Notes: generated by a model not told the origin, from the sequence alone. A DNA stretch of 58,259 bases from Nanobdellati archaeon (GCA_016204275.1 JACQKZ010000012.1:1-58259); one strand, 5' to 3'; shown: positions 9,994 to 20,614, counted from the stretch's first letter. Made by a program: numbers and translations.

Positions 9994-10482
9994 TTATGCT
10001 GTTACAGCTACTGCTTCGGCTGGCTTTTCTTCTTTGGCTTTTTTCGGCGCCTTTGGTTTTGCTTCCTTGGGTTTTTCCTTTGCCGGCTCGGCCTTTGCCT
10101 CTGTTTTTGCTGGCCCAGATTTCTTGCCGCTCAGCACTTCAAGCTGTTCGGCGATTTGTGACATTCTCTTCGCGCCCTCGCCTGCTGACACGATCGCAAT
10201 TGCTGATGTGCCGACTGGCAGGCCTGCCGCAGCGCCTAAATCTGCCTTAGCAGGAACAAAAGCATAAGGAATTTTCTTTTCATCGCAGAGCATTGGTATG
10301 TGCTGTATAATTTCCAGCGGATTAACATCAGCAGCGATAACAACAAACTTGGCCTCGTTGCGTTCAACGGATTTTGTAGCCTCGTTAGTACCCTTGCGGA
10401 TTTTCCCGCCTGAGCGGGCATCTTCAACTAGCTTCAGAATCTGGTCTGAAAGTTCTTTTGGAATCTCGAATTTCGCGCTCAT
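9994..10482 (-). CDS. rpl7ae: 50S ribosomal protein L7Ae with Lys/Ala/Glu-rich C-terminal extension
   Basis: KGTNEATKSVER...IAADVNPLEI...LCDEKKIPY...LGAAAGL. Confidence 0.95.
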   Translation of the reverse strand: MSAKFEIPKELSDQILKLVEDARSGGKIRKGTNEATKSVERNEAKFVVIAADVNPLEIIQHIPMLCDEKKIPYAFVPAKADLGAAAGLPVGTSAIAIVSAGEGAKRMSQIAEQLEVLSGKKSGPAKTEAKAEPAKEKPKEAKPKAPKKAKEEKPAEAVAVTA

Positions 10483-10540
10483 TTTGCAGCTCCTTTGCGA
10501 GAAATTTGATTATCAAAAACTATGTTTTTTGATTTATCAA

Positions 10541-10590
10541 TTTTAGTCATTTTTTCCTCGCTCCGAATTTCATCGGTCATCGGACTAAAA
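10541..10590 (-). promoter_or_regulatory. Candidate kink-turn in rpl7ae 5' UTR
   Basis: Minus strand UCC-GAU-GA-CCGA-loop-UCGG-AGC-GA-GGA: 3-nt bulge plus tandem GA pairs. Confidence 0.55.
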
Positions 10591-10634
10591 GCCTGTGCAG
10601 AATGGTTTTTAAAGGTTTTCTATTGCAGACTAGC

Positions 10635-11207
10635 ATGGCTTTAACAGATAAGCTCGGTACAGTGTTTTACTTTTCCGAAGGTTACTTCAGGAGAGATCGG
10701 CAGCTGGCAAGATATGTCTATCAGCCAGTTTTTGAACGCCTGCAGGACACTGGGGCGATTTCAGGCCGGCTAAAAATTCTGGACTTAGGCAGCGGGCCTA
10801 ATGGTTCGGATTTTGTCAACATGCTTGCCGAATTTTCGCCGCAACTAGAAGTAACTTATGCAGATTATCATTGGAATTATGTTAATAATATGCGAATGCT
10901 CGGAAAAAAGGCAGTTGTATCTGACGGCAGAAAAATGTCGTTTATGGACGACTCTTTTGATATTGTTTTTGGTGGCTGGTCCGTTCTAGAAAGCAACGGA
11001 ACACGCATGGCACGGGACAGCAAAGTCATAGCTGAAGTAAGGCGCGTACTTTGCAGGCAGGGCATTTTTATATTCGAATATGCCGGCGGCGGCGATTACG
11101 AAACCGGAAAAAATTTCAGGGCTAATGGTTTTAGTAAATTTACCCACTTATTAAGGCTGGAACGCAGTGACAGAGAATTTTTGGACTTATATTCAGCGTC
11201 GGCCTGA
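10635..11207 (+). CDS. Class I SAM-dependent methyltransferase
   Basis: ILDLGSG motif I, FMDDSFDIVF, EVRRVL. Confidence 0.8.
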   Translation: MALTDKLGTVFYFSEGYFRRDRQLARYVYQPVFERLQDTGAISGRLKILDLGSGPNGSDFVNMLAEFSPQLEVTYADYHWNYVNNMRMLGKKAVVSDGRKMSFMDDSFDIVFGGWSVLESNGTRMARDSKVIAEVRRVLCRQGIFIFEYAGGGDYETGKNFRANGFSKFTHLLRLERSDREFLDLYSASA

Positions 11208-11262
11208 AAAAACACAAATTAAATTTTTGAGTTAGGTTTTTAAACCATGCTCCACAGCAAAC

Positions 11263-11634
11263 GTGAACATGGGAAAAGAATCAGCAATGTTTGATTACGC
11301 GCAGAGCAGGGCAGTCAATGAGCTAGATACACTTATTCAGAAGCACGGCGGGTCTCAGCTAAAGGATAAAGAATTAGCTTCGATTTTGTTTAATAATTTA
11401 GTAATAGTTGCAAGTGGCGGGTTTGCCAGGATTCCGAAAGAAAAAATAAAAACTTATGGTGACATTGCCTGTGCGGTTGTGAATTTTTATACAGCTATTG
11501 GCAATGCTGGCCTAAGCGTAGCAGAAGTGCAAATTGGCGCTTACTCTGCCCAGGTAATCGGCGAAAAGGCAGCAGCAATTGCAAAAGCGGATAGGTTAGC
11601 AGAATTATTTCAGCTTACAAAAGTTAAAAAATAA
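11263..11634 (+). CDS. Hypothetical protein
   Basis: About 120-aa helical-looking ORF after a TATA-like TTTTTAAA; start may be ATG 11269. Confidence 0.55.
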   Translation: MNMGKESAMFDYAQSRAVNELDTLIQKHGGSQLKDKELASILFNNLVIVASGGFARIPKEKIKTYGDIACAVVNFYTAIGNAGLSVAEVQIGAYSAQVIGEKAAAIAKADRLAELFQLTKVKK

Positions 11635-11650
11635 TGCGGCGTAAATAGTG

Positions 11651-12079
11651 CTATAAAAAATCTTCAAGGCTTGCTGTGCCGCCCTGCTGCCCGCGCGGAG
11701 TGAGCAGCGGTGTTTTGAATCGCTGGCTTGCCATTCTAACAATTTTTTCTTGCGCAATTTTCTGTTCAAGTACACATATGTAATACCATGCAGCTGGCCT
11801 GTCGCGCTGCGCATCTGCGGGCGTGGCATAGTAAGGCGTATCTCTCGCGAGGAAACCCACTCTGTCATTGACAAGTTTTAATGCCGCAACAATGCTGGCT
11901 TCAGAGTACAGCGTGACATGATTTTGTTTAATTTCTCTTGCAATCTGCCGCAACAAATGATGCTGCGGATTTATTTCATAAATATAGGGCAATATGTCTA
12001 AAACAAGCTGGAGATCTGCCTTCCGAATTTCTATTCTGGCATGCCTGTGGTTCCACAGTCCTTCGGTTCCATCGCCCAT
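11651..12079 (-). CDS. Hypothetical protein
   Basis: 142-aa ORF with TTTATAAA about 25 nt upstream. Confidence 0.55.
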   Translation of the reverse strand: MGDGTEGLWNHRHARIEIRKADLQLVLDILPYIYEINPQHHLLRQIAREIKQNHVTLYSEASIVAALKLVNDRVGFLARDTPYYATPADAQRDRPAAWYYICVLEQKIAQEKIVRMASQRFKTPLLTPRGQQGGTASLEDFL

Positions 12080-12118
12080 GATATGCTACAATAAAGATAA
12101 TTTATAAAGCTTTCTTTG

Positions 12119-13798
12119 CTAATTATGCGTAAACACAAAGCCCAATTTTCCTTTCGCCTTTGCATCCAATCTTACAAACCCAAACCTTTCGAATTGTATT
12201 ATATCCCCAACTTTTAATTTCTCGCAGTTTTTCTCTGCAAAGCCGGCAACAATAGCGCCATCAGGCATTATCACTTCTGTTGCAACTGAAAAATCAGCAG
12301 GCACCCATGTAATGCGCGGTATTTCTTTGTTCTCTTTTGATGTAAATTCTGCTTTTGGATTTAATTTTATATTATATAAGTGCATCAGCCGCACTTCTTT
12401 TCCTTTTAAAGCCGTGAAATCTTTTTTCGAAATGTAAAATGTTTTTCCGACTTTTATCTTTTTCATTTCTGTTTCTTTGTCAGGGTGCAGTTTCACTTCG
12501 ATTTCCTTGATGGCTGGCGCGCCCTTCACTCCAACTTCGACTGGCTCGGCAATGAAAGAGTAGCGGTGCGAGGCAGGGTCTAAAATTTTTCTGTTTATTG
12601 CGTAGAGATTGTCAATCGGGACTTCGATATCATTAGCATTCAAGCCGATGTCTGCAATGAACTCGCGGACTGCGTGCGGCAAAATTCCTCGGCGCGCAAG
12701 TGATTGCAAGCTCCACGTTCTTGGGTCATCCCAGCCAGAGTATGCGCCAGATTTTACTTCCTTCTGAGCTTTCGATTTTGAGAGTTTTACTCCCTGCAGG
12801 CGTATCAGGCCAGTATGTATAATTGTTGGCGCGCGCCATCCAAAAATATTCCAGATAAACTTGCACATTTCAGTCTCCATCATCAAGTCTTTTCCGCGGA
12901 TTACGTGCGTCACGCCGAGCAGGACATCATCAATCGCCCAGGAAAACTCGAGCATGGGCCAGACTTTGTACTTATTGCCGACGCGCGGGTGTTTTCTGTC
13001 AGAAACTCTGCAAAGCACCCTGTCCCTGAATGCCGGATTAGGATGCGCCATGGAAGTTTTTAATCTTAGTATGGCCTGCCCTTCTTTGTACTTGCCCCTG
13101 AGCATGGCCTGCCATTTTTCTAAGGTTTCCTTCGGGGACTGCCTGCGGTGCTCGCACTCAATTCCCTTCGCCCTGCACTCCCGCAGTTTTTCTGCAGCGC
13201 ACTCGCAGACATAAGCAAAGCCCTTTCTAATAATTTCCTCGGCGTGTTTGTAATAAATTGCCAGCCTGTCTGATTTGTAAACTATTGGCCCGTCCCACGT
13301 GACATTCAGCCATTTGAATCCATCAGGAATCAGTTTGTAAGCGTCAGGCGCGATTGATTTTTCTTCAGAGCCGATTGTGTCGTCCATCACAAACAAAAGT
13401 TTGCCGGAATATTTTTCTGCATAAAGCGCATTCAGCAGGTACGTCTTTGCGTTGCCGATGTGCAGCGGGCCGGAAGGATAGGGTGCGAGGCGCAAAACAA
13501 TTTTTCCCTTCTCAGCGTTTGGCAGGGCGTCAAGCTCTTTTTCTTCGTGTTCGCTTACTTTCTTCTCGAAAAATTCAGGATAGACTTTTAGCAGCCTCTC
13601 TTCCTGCTGTTTGAGTGTCAGTTTATTTATTTCGGCAACTACCTTGCCTATCTGCGGGGCCAGCTCTTTCATCTTCTGCTTGACTGACTCGTCTTCCGCA
13701 ATCAGCTTGCCAATGATTGAGCCAGCCTGTGCCTTGCCTTCGTGAGAGAAAGCGTTAGCTAGGGCAAACTTCTCAATAGACTTTAAGTAATCTGTCAT
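12119..13798 (-). CDS. gltX: Glutamate--tRNA ligase (archaeal type)
   Basis: RLAPYPSGPLHIGN (HIGH), KLSKS, WDDPRT, IQFERFGF. Confidence 0.96.
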   Translation of the reverse strand: MTDYLKSIEKFALANAFSHEGKAQAGSIIGKLIAEDESVKQKMKELAPQIGKVVAEINKLTLKQQEERLLKVYPEFFEKKVSEHEEKELDALPNAEKGKIVLRLAPYPSGPLHIGNAKTYLLNALYAEKYSGKLLFVMDDTIGSEEKSIAPDAYKLIPDGFKWLNVTWDGPIVYKSDRLAIYYKHAEEIIRKGFAYVCECAAEKLRECRAKGIECEHRRQSPKETLEKWQAMLRGKYKEGQAILRLKTSMAHPNPAFRDRVLCRVSDRKHPRVGNKYKVWPMLEFSWAIDDVLLGVTHVIRGKDLMMETEMCKFIWNIFGWRAPTIIHTGLIRLQGVKLSKSKAQKEVKSGAYSGWDDPRTWSLQSLARRGILPHAVREFIADIGLNANDIEVPIDNLYAINRKILDPASHRYSFIAEPVEVGVKGAPAIKEIEVKLHPDKETEMKKIKVGKTFYISKKDFTALKGKEVRLMHLYNIKLNPKAEFTSKENKEIPRITWVPADFSVATEVIMPDGAIVAGFAEKNCEKLKVGDIIQFERFGFVRLDAKAKGKLGFVFTHN

Positions 13799-13947
13799 AA
13801 TACTGAAAACTACTTTGAATTTAAAAACCTATCTTATGAGCTAGTTATTAAAATTGCATTGCTGATAAAATATTAAAATATATTTAATTGACTGTATATT
13901 AGTAATAGCACCAAAACCTTTAAATTCCTTTTTGATTTTAAATAGGC

Positions 13948-14517
13948 ATGAAACGTTTGGTTAAGATATTGTTGGCAGTAATAATTGTGGCAACTGTAGT
14001 AGTCCTTGCCGGCATTTACATGGAATTCGGCGCGAACACGCAAAAACAAGCAAATTCAGATTCACTGTTAAGATTTCAGCCGTCAGCCAGCGAACTAAAA
14101 GGCTGGCAACTCACTTGGGAAGCAAAAAATATGGCAGAGTGGCCCGAAGAACAGAGAAAATCATTTATATCAAAAAATATTGATGACGCTGCCGGCTGGC
14201 GATATCAAAAAGATAACGAAACAGTAGAAATATGGGTAAGAGAGTTCAGAGCTCAGGATGATTTGCAGAAAGTAGAGCTGGGCATAACACAGCCATTTTT
14301 CTGGAAGGCGCAGTCAGCGCTTGGTTTTGCGGATTATGCAATGGTTGGCGTGCATGTAAGCGAAAAGCCAAGCCCGCTTTTGATGTATTTCGCCAAAAAT
14401 AAAACTATGTTTTATATTAATTACTATAATAAAGATGGCACGTACGATGCATCACAAATACTAAAAGATAAGACTTTCTTAACCTTGCTTGCAAAGAAAA
14501 TGCTTGCGAAGTATTGA
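13948..14517 (+). CDS. Membrane-anchored or secreted hypothetical protein
   Basis: N-terminal hydrophobic segment ILLAVIIVATVVVLAGIY. Confidence 0.65.
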   Translation: MKRLVKILLAVIIVATVVVLAGIYMEFGANTQKQANSDSLLRFQPSASELKGWQLTWEAKNMAEWPEEQRKSFISKNIDDAAGWRYQKDNETVEIWVREFRAQDDLQKVELGITQPFFWKAQSALGFADYAMVGVHVSEKPSPLLMYFAKNKTMFYINYYNKDGTYDASQILKDKTFLTLLAKKMLAKY

Positions 14518-14571
14518 ACTATTCGCAACAATGCAATAATCTTTAAATAGCCCAGCTATGCGATTTCGCAA

Positions 14572-15543
14572 ATGGAAATCTCTGAAAATAAAAATAATGA
14601 AAAAGAAATTGATGTTTTGCCGAAGGATGAATCCATAGATTCACCCACACCAGCTTCACCAACACCAACAACACACTCATCTAAATCTTCGGGCAAGAAG
14701 TACATTGCCCTGCTTGTTCTTATTGTAGTAGTTGCAGGCCTGTTTTACTTCTTACGCGCAGGCACTGGCGATGTTACCGGCTCAACGACTGCATTGCCTG
14801 CTGGGCAAAGCGATTCTGGCGAAAAAGTAGCGCAGGATAACGAGCCAGCCCTGCCAAAGGTAGATGTCGATGTACAAACAACACCACCCGCCAGAAAGTC
14901 AGCATCACAATCAACCGCTGGCATGGAATGCCAGGATTCTAATTCATGTACAATAGATACGTACGACCGAAATAGCGGCCAATGCACACATTCACCCGTA
15001 GCTAACTGCTGCGGCAATTCTGTATGCGAACAGGGCGAAAGGTGCAACAGAGAGACACTCGAGACAGCCTGCCCGCAGGACTGCTCATTGTCGTGCGAAG
15101 CTTTCTTAACAGTAAGCAAATTCGCGGCGCAAAAAGAGCCGGACAAGTACAGTTACAACTGCGCATCAGGCAGCTGCGAAGCCAATGGACTTAACGAGTT
15201 TAAAATAACCGGCGATGCAGTAGTTCATACATTTATCAACAACTGGGGCGAACTTATAGCAGAAAATTCAGTCTCAGCACAGACATTTTGCACATACAAT
15301 GGCGAGCAGATAAAACTGGATGGCACATTATTCGGGGTAGGAATTAAAGACTACTTCGGCGATAACAAGGATACATCTGGGCAGATAAGCGCAAGGAATG
15401 CAAAAGGCCAGAACTATGCCGAATATGCGATAGCAGTAAGCCGGCCATCAAATTTGGATAATGGTGTCCGCATCCAATGCACCGCGCTGTTGCAGTCCAC
15501 AGATATATCAAACAGCCAGAATTTGGTTTTTGTCTTAAGCTAA
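14572..15543 (+). CDS. Single-pass membrane protein with extracellular Cys-rich domain
   Basis: TM YIALLVLIVVVAGLFYFL, Pro/Ser/Thr linker, CQDSNSCTID...CCGNSVCEQGE...CPQDC. Confidence 0.7.
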   Translation: MEISENKNNEKEIDVLPKDESIDSPTPASPTPTTHSSKSSGKKYIALLVLIVVVAGLFYFLRAGTGDVTGSTTALPAGQSDSGEKVAQDNEPALPKVDVDVQTTPPARKSASQSTAGMECQDSNSCTIDTYDRNSGQCTHSPVANCCGNSVCEQGERCNRETLETACPQDCSLSCEAFLTVSKFAAQKEPDKYSYNCASGSCEANGLNEFKITGDAVVHTFINNWGELIAENSVSAQTFCTYNGEQIKLDGTLFGVGIKDYFGDNKDTSGQISARNAKGQNYAEYAIAVSRPSNLDNGVRIQCTALLQSTDISNSQNLVFVLS

Positions 15544-15554
15544 CTTTTTATTTT

Positions 15555-16289
15555 TTATTCTTTTTGCAAATGTTTTTTTAGGTTTTTTATTTTGCCAAAC
15601 TTCAGTATATTATCAGCGACTGCATAAATTTCAAAACTGTTTATGTCTTTTAAAAATGGCGATAATAATTTTTCTGACAAAACATTTGTTCCCTCGGCCA
15701 GCAGGTTAAACGAAGGCAGAACGACTAAATCCCTGCCAGACCATTTTCCCTTCAAAAAGCATTTCACGCGCTCAGAGGAAACGGAGTCAGATATTGTTAT
15801 TGCGGGATGTTCATGGCCAATTACAATTAAGCTTGCGCCCTTTATTTTTTCTTTTTTCGGAATTTCATCGCCATGCAAAAATAATATATTTTTAACTGCA
15901 AGTTCTTTTTTTACTTCGGCCAGTTTTTCAATATATTTATACATTGTGTCGTGGTTGCCTTTCAGGACAATGATACTTTTGCATTTGGTTTTTATAAAAT
16001 CTATTATAGCAGTTACATCACGGATTTCCTGCCGGCCAAGATAGCCAAACTCGTGCCTGATGTCGCCAAGAATAACAACCCTGTCTAATCCACATTTGCT
16101 TTTTTTAAGCCGGTCGAATATGCCTTGCAGCCTGGCCAGCGTATCTGCCAGCTGGTGCCTGGGCAGCAAAACCCCTTTGCTAATAAGCGCAGTTTCGTAA
16201 CCAATGTGAAAATCTGTAAGAGCAAGGATTTTTTCTTTTGCAAAGTAAAGCCCTAAGTCAACAATTTCAACGCCCCGCAGTATGTTCAT
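15555..16289 (-). CDS. Metallophosphoesterase (Lhr-associated)
   Basis: DFHIG, LGD, GNHD, HGD, GHEHP motifs; adjacent to lhr. Confidence 0.9.
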   Translation of the reverse strand: MNILRGVEIVDLGLYFAKEKILALTDFHIGYETALISKGVLLPRHQLADTLARLQGIFDRLKKSKCGLDRVVILGDIRHEFGYLGRQEIRDVTAIIDFIKTKCKSIIVLKGNHDTMYKYIEKLAEVKKELAVKNILFLHGDEIPKKEKIKGASLIVIGHEHPAITISDSVSSERVKCFLKGKWSGRDLVVLPSFNLLAEGTNVLSEKLLSPFLKDINSFEIYAVADNILKFGKIKNLKKHLQKE

Positions 16290-16290
16290 T

Positions 16291-18879
16291 TTATTTGCCC
16301 TTTAAACTAATTTTTGCCAGTATCTGCTTGTGCATTCTTCTTATAAAGTCCAGCCTGTCTTCCGCGCGCAGAATATCCGAGTATCCGCGCGCAATAATGT
16401 TGAGCGCGAACGGGCTGGGTATCTGCGTCTGAACGCTTTTTAGTGTTGTATGGCCGCTCTCAATCCATTTTAGCACCTGCTCGGCGTTCTTAACATCCAT
16501 TAAGTCTTCCATCACTTCGCGCCTTGCTTCTTTTAAAACAGGAAAATTATTCGAAATTCTTTTCGCGGCGTTGATAAGGATTTGTGCGGATACCTGTTGC
16601 CTGCCAACACGCTTGCGTACGCCCTTATAGTTTCGGATTATCATGAGCGCGCGGCCGGCACAGTGCCTAAATCTGCGTTTCATTATGTCTGTCTTGTCAA
16701 TGGCAAGCTCCAGCAATTTTCCAAAGTTTTCTTTTTTTAATTGCATGAACAAGTACTGCCAGTTAAGTTTTTGGCTTGCCGCGAGGTAAAAATTTGCATC
16801 GGTGATGGAAATCAGCACGTTTACACCATGGAATTTTCCAAGTATATACGCAAAAGACCGCGAGAGCGCATCATTCACCCGCCGGCCAAAACACGAGTGG
16901 AATATTAGATAGTGCTTTCCCTCGAAGTAAAGCTCCTCAATCAAAATCTTTTTATCATGCGGGATTGCGGCGTAACCCCACTGTTCGTAAAAATATTCAT
17001 AAAGCGAATTCGCGGCAGGCCCGTCGATATATAAATATTCCTTGATAAACTCAAGTATCTCTTTTTTCGATTTGTATTTATTATAATATTCTTCAATCAG
17101 GCGCCGGAATTTTTGGATTGACATTGCAAGGTCAAAATTTAATGGCAGCATGTCTGAAAACCAGCTTGGTATTGTTGGGATTCTGCCCGGCGCTGTTGAA
17201 ACCTGCGCGACCATTCCGCGCGAAAATTCGTATCTGTATGTGCTGCCGCCAAGGACAAAAATATCACCTTTCTTCATGCGCTCGAGGAACTCCTCATCTA
17301 TCTTGCCGACCGGCTGATCGCCAATTTTTATAGTGATATAGCTTTCGTCAGGTATTGTGCCTATGTTTGTTGAATACAAAACCCGCGCGAGTTTTGAGCG
17401 CTTGCCAACCATGCCAGTCCCAGCGTCATGCCATATTTTCGCATAGATGTGCCGGTCATCAAGCTCAGCATACTCGCCAGCAAGATATTTTATTACTGCG
17501 ATAAAATCCGCATCAGCTAAATTTTTGTAGCAGTAACTTCGTTTTACAGTTGTTTTTATATTATCGATATGATCTTTGCCCTCGATCGCAATTCCGTAGA
17601 TGTGCTGTGCCAGAACGTCCAGGCAATTTTTTGGTATGTCTATTTTATCAATTTTTCTTTCAACAGCGTTTTTTAGAATCAGCGCGTCCTCGACCAAATC
17701 GTCACGGTCAATTACGATGAATCTGCCTTTGATATTATCGTGCAGCCTGTGCCCGCTTCTGCCAATCCTTTGAAGCGCCCGCGAGACAGATTTTGGCGAG
17801 CCAAGTAAAATAACAAGATCGATGTAACCAATATCAATTCCAAGTTCAAGCGAAGTTGAGGAAACTACAACCTTCAGCTCGCCCCTTTTCAGTTTTTCCT
17901 CGGTAGATAAGCGCAGCTCTCTGGACAGCGATGAGTGGTGCGCCTGTATGTTTTCGGCATAATGCTTTCCAAATCTTGTTTTTAAGTTATGAACAACCCG
18001 TTCAGTAGCGGCGCGTGTGTTCGTAAATATCAATGTTGTTTTGTGTTCCTGAATCATATCGTGCAGCATGTCATAGGTTTTTTTATCAAGGTCAGCCTGC
18101 GTAACGTCCATTATGTTTTCGACAGGCGATATAACCTTCAAATCTATTTTTTTAAGAAATTGCGCATCAACAATAGATATATCGCGAGGCTGGCCATCAT
18201 TCTCAAATCCTGCAAGAAACTGCGCGACCTCTTCAAGCGGCGCGATTGTTGCAGACAGGCCAATGCGCGTAAAGTTGCCGGCCAGATTTTGCAGCCGTTC
18301 TAAACTTAATGACAGGTGAACGCCCCTTTTTCCGGAGGCCAGCGCGTGAATCTCGTCAACAATAACCCATTTCACATCCCGCAGCCTTTCCCGGAAAACC
18401 GGTGCGACAAGAAGGATGGCAAGGCTTTCCGGCGTCGTGATTAATATGTGCGGCGGCTTATCACGCATCTTTGATTTTTCGTATTGTGTTGTATCCTCTG
18501 TCCTGACGAAAACGCGCACGCCAAGCTCGCTGCCGCGCTCGGCTTCCATTTCAGTTAGCGGCTCCAAAAGATTTTTTTTGATATCATTATTCAGGGCTTT
18601 TAGGGGTGACACATAAACACAGTAAACCTTATCCTCTAATTTGCCAGCTTCGGATAAATTAACAAGCTCAGAGATGACCGCAGCGAATGCAGAGAATGTT
18701 TTGCCGGAACCGGTCGGCGCGGAAATAAGGACATTTTTCTTTTTATGAATGTCAAGGACAGCAAACTTCTGCGGCGGGCTGAATTTTTTAAACTTCTTTC
18801 TAAACCAGCCAGCCACCAAGGGGTTCAGCGCGGCGAATATCTGTTCATCGCTGCTTTCTGTCGTTTGCAAAGTTGCCAT
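16291..18879 (-). CDS. lhr: ATP-dependent helicase Lhr
   Basis: APTGSGKT, DEIH, SAT, LELGIDIG, QRIGRSGH. Confidence 0.93.
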   Translation of the reverse strand: MATLQTTESSDEQIFAALNPLVAGWFRKKFKKFSPPQKFAVLDIHKKKNVLISAPTGSGKTFSAFAAVISELVNLSEAGKLEDKVYCVYVSPLKALNNDIKKNLLEPLTEMEAERGSELGVRVFVRTEDTTQYEKSKMRDKPPHILITTPESLAILLVAPVFRERLRDVKWVIVDEIHALASGKRGVHLSLSLERLQNLAGNFTRIGLSATIAPLEEVAQFLAGFENDGQPRDISIVDAQFLKKIDLKVISPVENIMDVTQADLDKKTYDMLHDMIQEHKTTLIFTNTRAATERVVHNLKTRFGKHYAENIQAHHSSLSRELRLSTEEKLKRGELKVVVSSTSLELGIDIGYIDLVILLGSPKSVSRALQRIGRSGHRLHDNIKGRFIVIDRDDLVEDALILKNAVERKIDKIDIPKNCLDVLAQHIYGIAIEGKDHIDNIKTTVKRSYCYKNLADADFIAVIKYLAGEYAELDDRHIYAKIWHDAGTGMVGKRSKLARVLYSTNIGTIPDESYITIKIGDQPVGKIDEEFLERMKKGDIFVLGGSTYRYEFSRGMVAQVSTAPGRIPTIPSWFSDMLPLNFDLAMSIQKFRRLIEEYYNKYKSKKEILEFIKEYLYIDGPAANSLYEYFYEQWGYAAIPHDKKILIEELYFEGKHYLIFHSCFGRRVNDALSRSFAYILGKFHGVNVLISITDANFYLAASQKLNWQYLFMQLKKENFGKLLELAIDKTDIMKRRFRHCAGRALMIIRNYKGVRKRVGRQQVSAQILINAAKRISNNFPVLKEARREVMEDLMDVKNAEQVLKWIESGHTTLKSVQTQIPSPFALNIIARGYSDILRAEDRLDFIRRMHKQILAKISLKGK

Positions 18880-19030
18880 GTGAGAAGTGTTTACTCCACT
18901 ATATAATAAGCATAAACTTAAACTTTAAAAGGCATTCGGTTAGGTGTCAAATTACGATTAAAACACAAAAACAGCGGCCGTGTGCCAGAGTTACACAAAG
19001 TTTTATAACATTTTCCATAGCATTTATTGC

Positions 19031-19342
19031 ATGGAAAATACGCAAACAAAAAAAGCAAGAACCTTGGAACAGTTGACATACGATGGCACATTTTTCCGCA
19101 AAAGTGACGGGCGGGCAGTAAGAGTAGAAGCAGTTGATCTGCCAATAACATTTTTAATTCAAAATCCAGAAAGCATAGCTACATATGTAGAAAAATTATT
19201 AGCTCACGATTCGCTCTGGATTCCGAAAGCAGCAAATGCTTATACTGCATCGAAGTTTAATCCAGACACACAGCATATTAGGGATGGAGCGGGTTTTTCA
19301 GTTTATGCGGTGCAGTTTTACTTAAAGTTTTTATCAGACTAA
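19031..19342 (+). CDS. Hypothetical protein
   Basis: 103-aa ORF from MENTQ, TTTTATAA upstream. Confidence 0.5.
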   Translation: MENTQTKKARTLEQLTYDGTFFRKSDGRAVRVEAVDLPITFLIQNPESIATYVEKLLAHDSLWIPKAANAYTASKFNPDTQHIRDGAGFSVYAVQFYLKFLSD

Positions 19343-19427
19343 ACTGTATTTTGTGTGTTTCATGCTCAAAAAGCGCCATAACAGTTAATATAGACAGCTT
19401 TAAAAACCCATCGGCACGCATTTCTAT

Positions 19428-20606
19428 ATGCAAATCGGTTCAAGAGCGGAATGGGATACATTACGGGACGTAATAGTACACGGTTTGGGCATGGAGATAC
19501 TTTTCGGGCTCTTGCATCCAAGAGCAAATTTATACAAGAGCACATTTAGCCGCATGGCCGCAGCCAAGGAGCACCAAAAACTTCAGGATGTTTTAACTGG
19601 CGAGGGCGTGCGCGTTCACCGTGTCGAAGATGCCCTTAAACAAAACAGAAGGTGCCTAGTAGAACTCGCAATGGCCTGCCTGGATTTCGAGGACGAGACT
19701 GCTGGCAAGATAACCACCACAAGAGAAAAGGAACGGGTTGTGCGTGGCTTGGATGTTGATGACTTAGTTGCAGCAGTTTATCTGCAGCCGACAGCAGTCG
19801 TTGTCCGCGGCGATGGCATAAATTCTAGCGATAGAGTAGACTTGTACAAACTTTGGCCGTTGACAAATTCATATTTTATGCGCGATTCGTTCATAACAAC
19901 CGACAGGGGAATTGTAATCGGCAGAATGGCAACTGAGCAGAGGGAGGAAGAAACAGAAATAACAAAAGCTGCACTGCGCGCGATGGGCATTAAGCCAATT
20001 TATACAATGCAAAATAATCGCACAGAACCGCTGTCTATGGAGGGTGGCGATTTTATCCCTGCAGGCAACATATGCTTTATCGGCCGCGGGCTGCGGACTA
20101 CAACAGGCGCAATCAGGCAGCTCTTAAGCAATAATTGCCTTGGTTCTGACATTGTTGGAGTTGTTGACGGGCCTAAGGACATGGATCAGATGCATTTAGA
20201 TACATGGTTTAACTTGCCTGCAAAAGATACAGCAATTGTATGCGGGCCGACGCTCCGAGACGCAAATACTACTGTTACACTCTATGCCCGAGATGGCGGA
20301 AGATATAATAAAATAACGCAAAAACCACAAAGCTTTAGAGATTATCTAACTAAAGAGCTTGGTTATCGCATATGCGAAGTAAGCGATAGGCTGCAAAGAG
20401 CGCACGCTACAAATATTCTGACAGTCAAAGATGGAAAAATAGTCGTACCTTACGTTAGTAAAGAATATTCGCGCACACTTACAAAGTTAGGCATAGATAT
20501 TGTATCTGACCCAAGCGAAAAGGCTAAAAAGGGTCTATCGTTAGAAAATATTACAAAAGGCTGGGGCGGGCCACATTGTTTGACTAATGGCTTGCTCAGA
20601 GCGTAG
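19428..20606 (+). CDS. arcA: Arginine deiminase / amidinotransferase-family protein
   Basis: FMRD, EGGD, MHLDT, GGPHC catalytic motifs. Confidence 0.85.
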   Translation: MQIGSRAEWDTLRDVIVHGLGMEILFGLLHPRANLYKSTFSRMAAAKEHQKLQDVLTGEGVRVHRVEDALKQNRRCLVELAMACLDFEDETAGKITTTREKERVVRGLDVDDLVAAVYLQPTAVVVRGDGINSSDRVDLYKLWPLTNSYFMRDSFITTDRGIVIGRMATEQREEETEITKAALRAMGIKPIYTMQNNRTEPLSMEGGDFIPAGNICFIGRGLRTTTGAIRQLLSNNCLGSDIVGVVDGPKDMDQMHLDTWFNLPAKDTAIVCGPTLRDANTTVTLYARDGGRYNKITQKPQSFRDYLTKELGYRICEVSDRLQRAHATNILTVKDGKIVVPYVSKEYSRTLTKLGIDIVSDPSEKAKKGLSLENITKGWGGPHCLTNGLLRA

Positions 20607-20614
20607 TTACTGGA

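Noticed and set aside
11185..11230. Possible orphan gltX tail (KNLICVFS, minus strand)
   Set aside because: Too short and weak, and overlaps another gene's end
18918..18975. Possible orphan argS tail (CFNRNLTPNRM, minus strand)
   Set aside because: Only CFN and the final M match; compatible with chance
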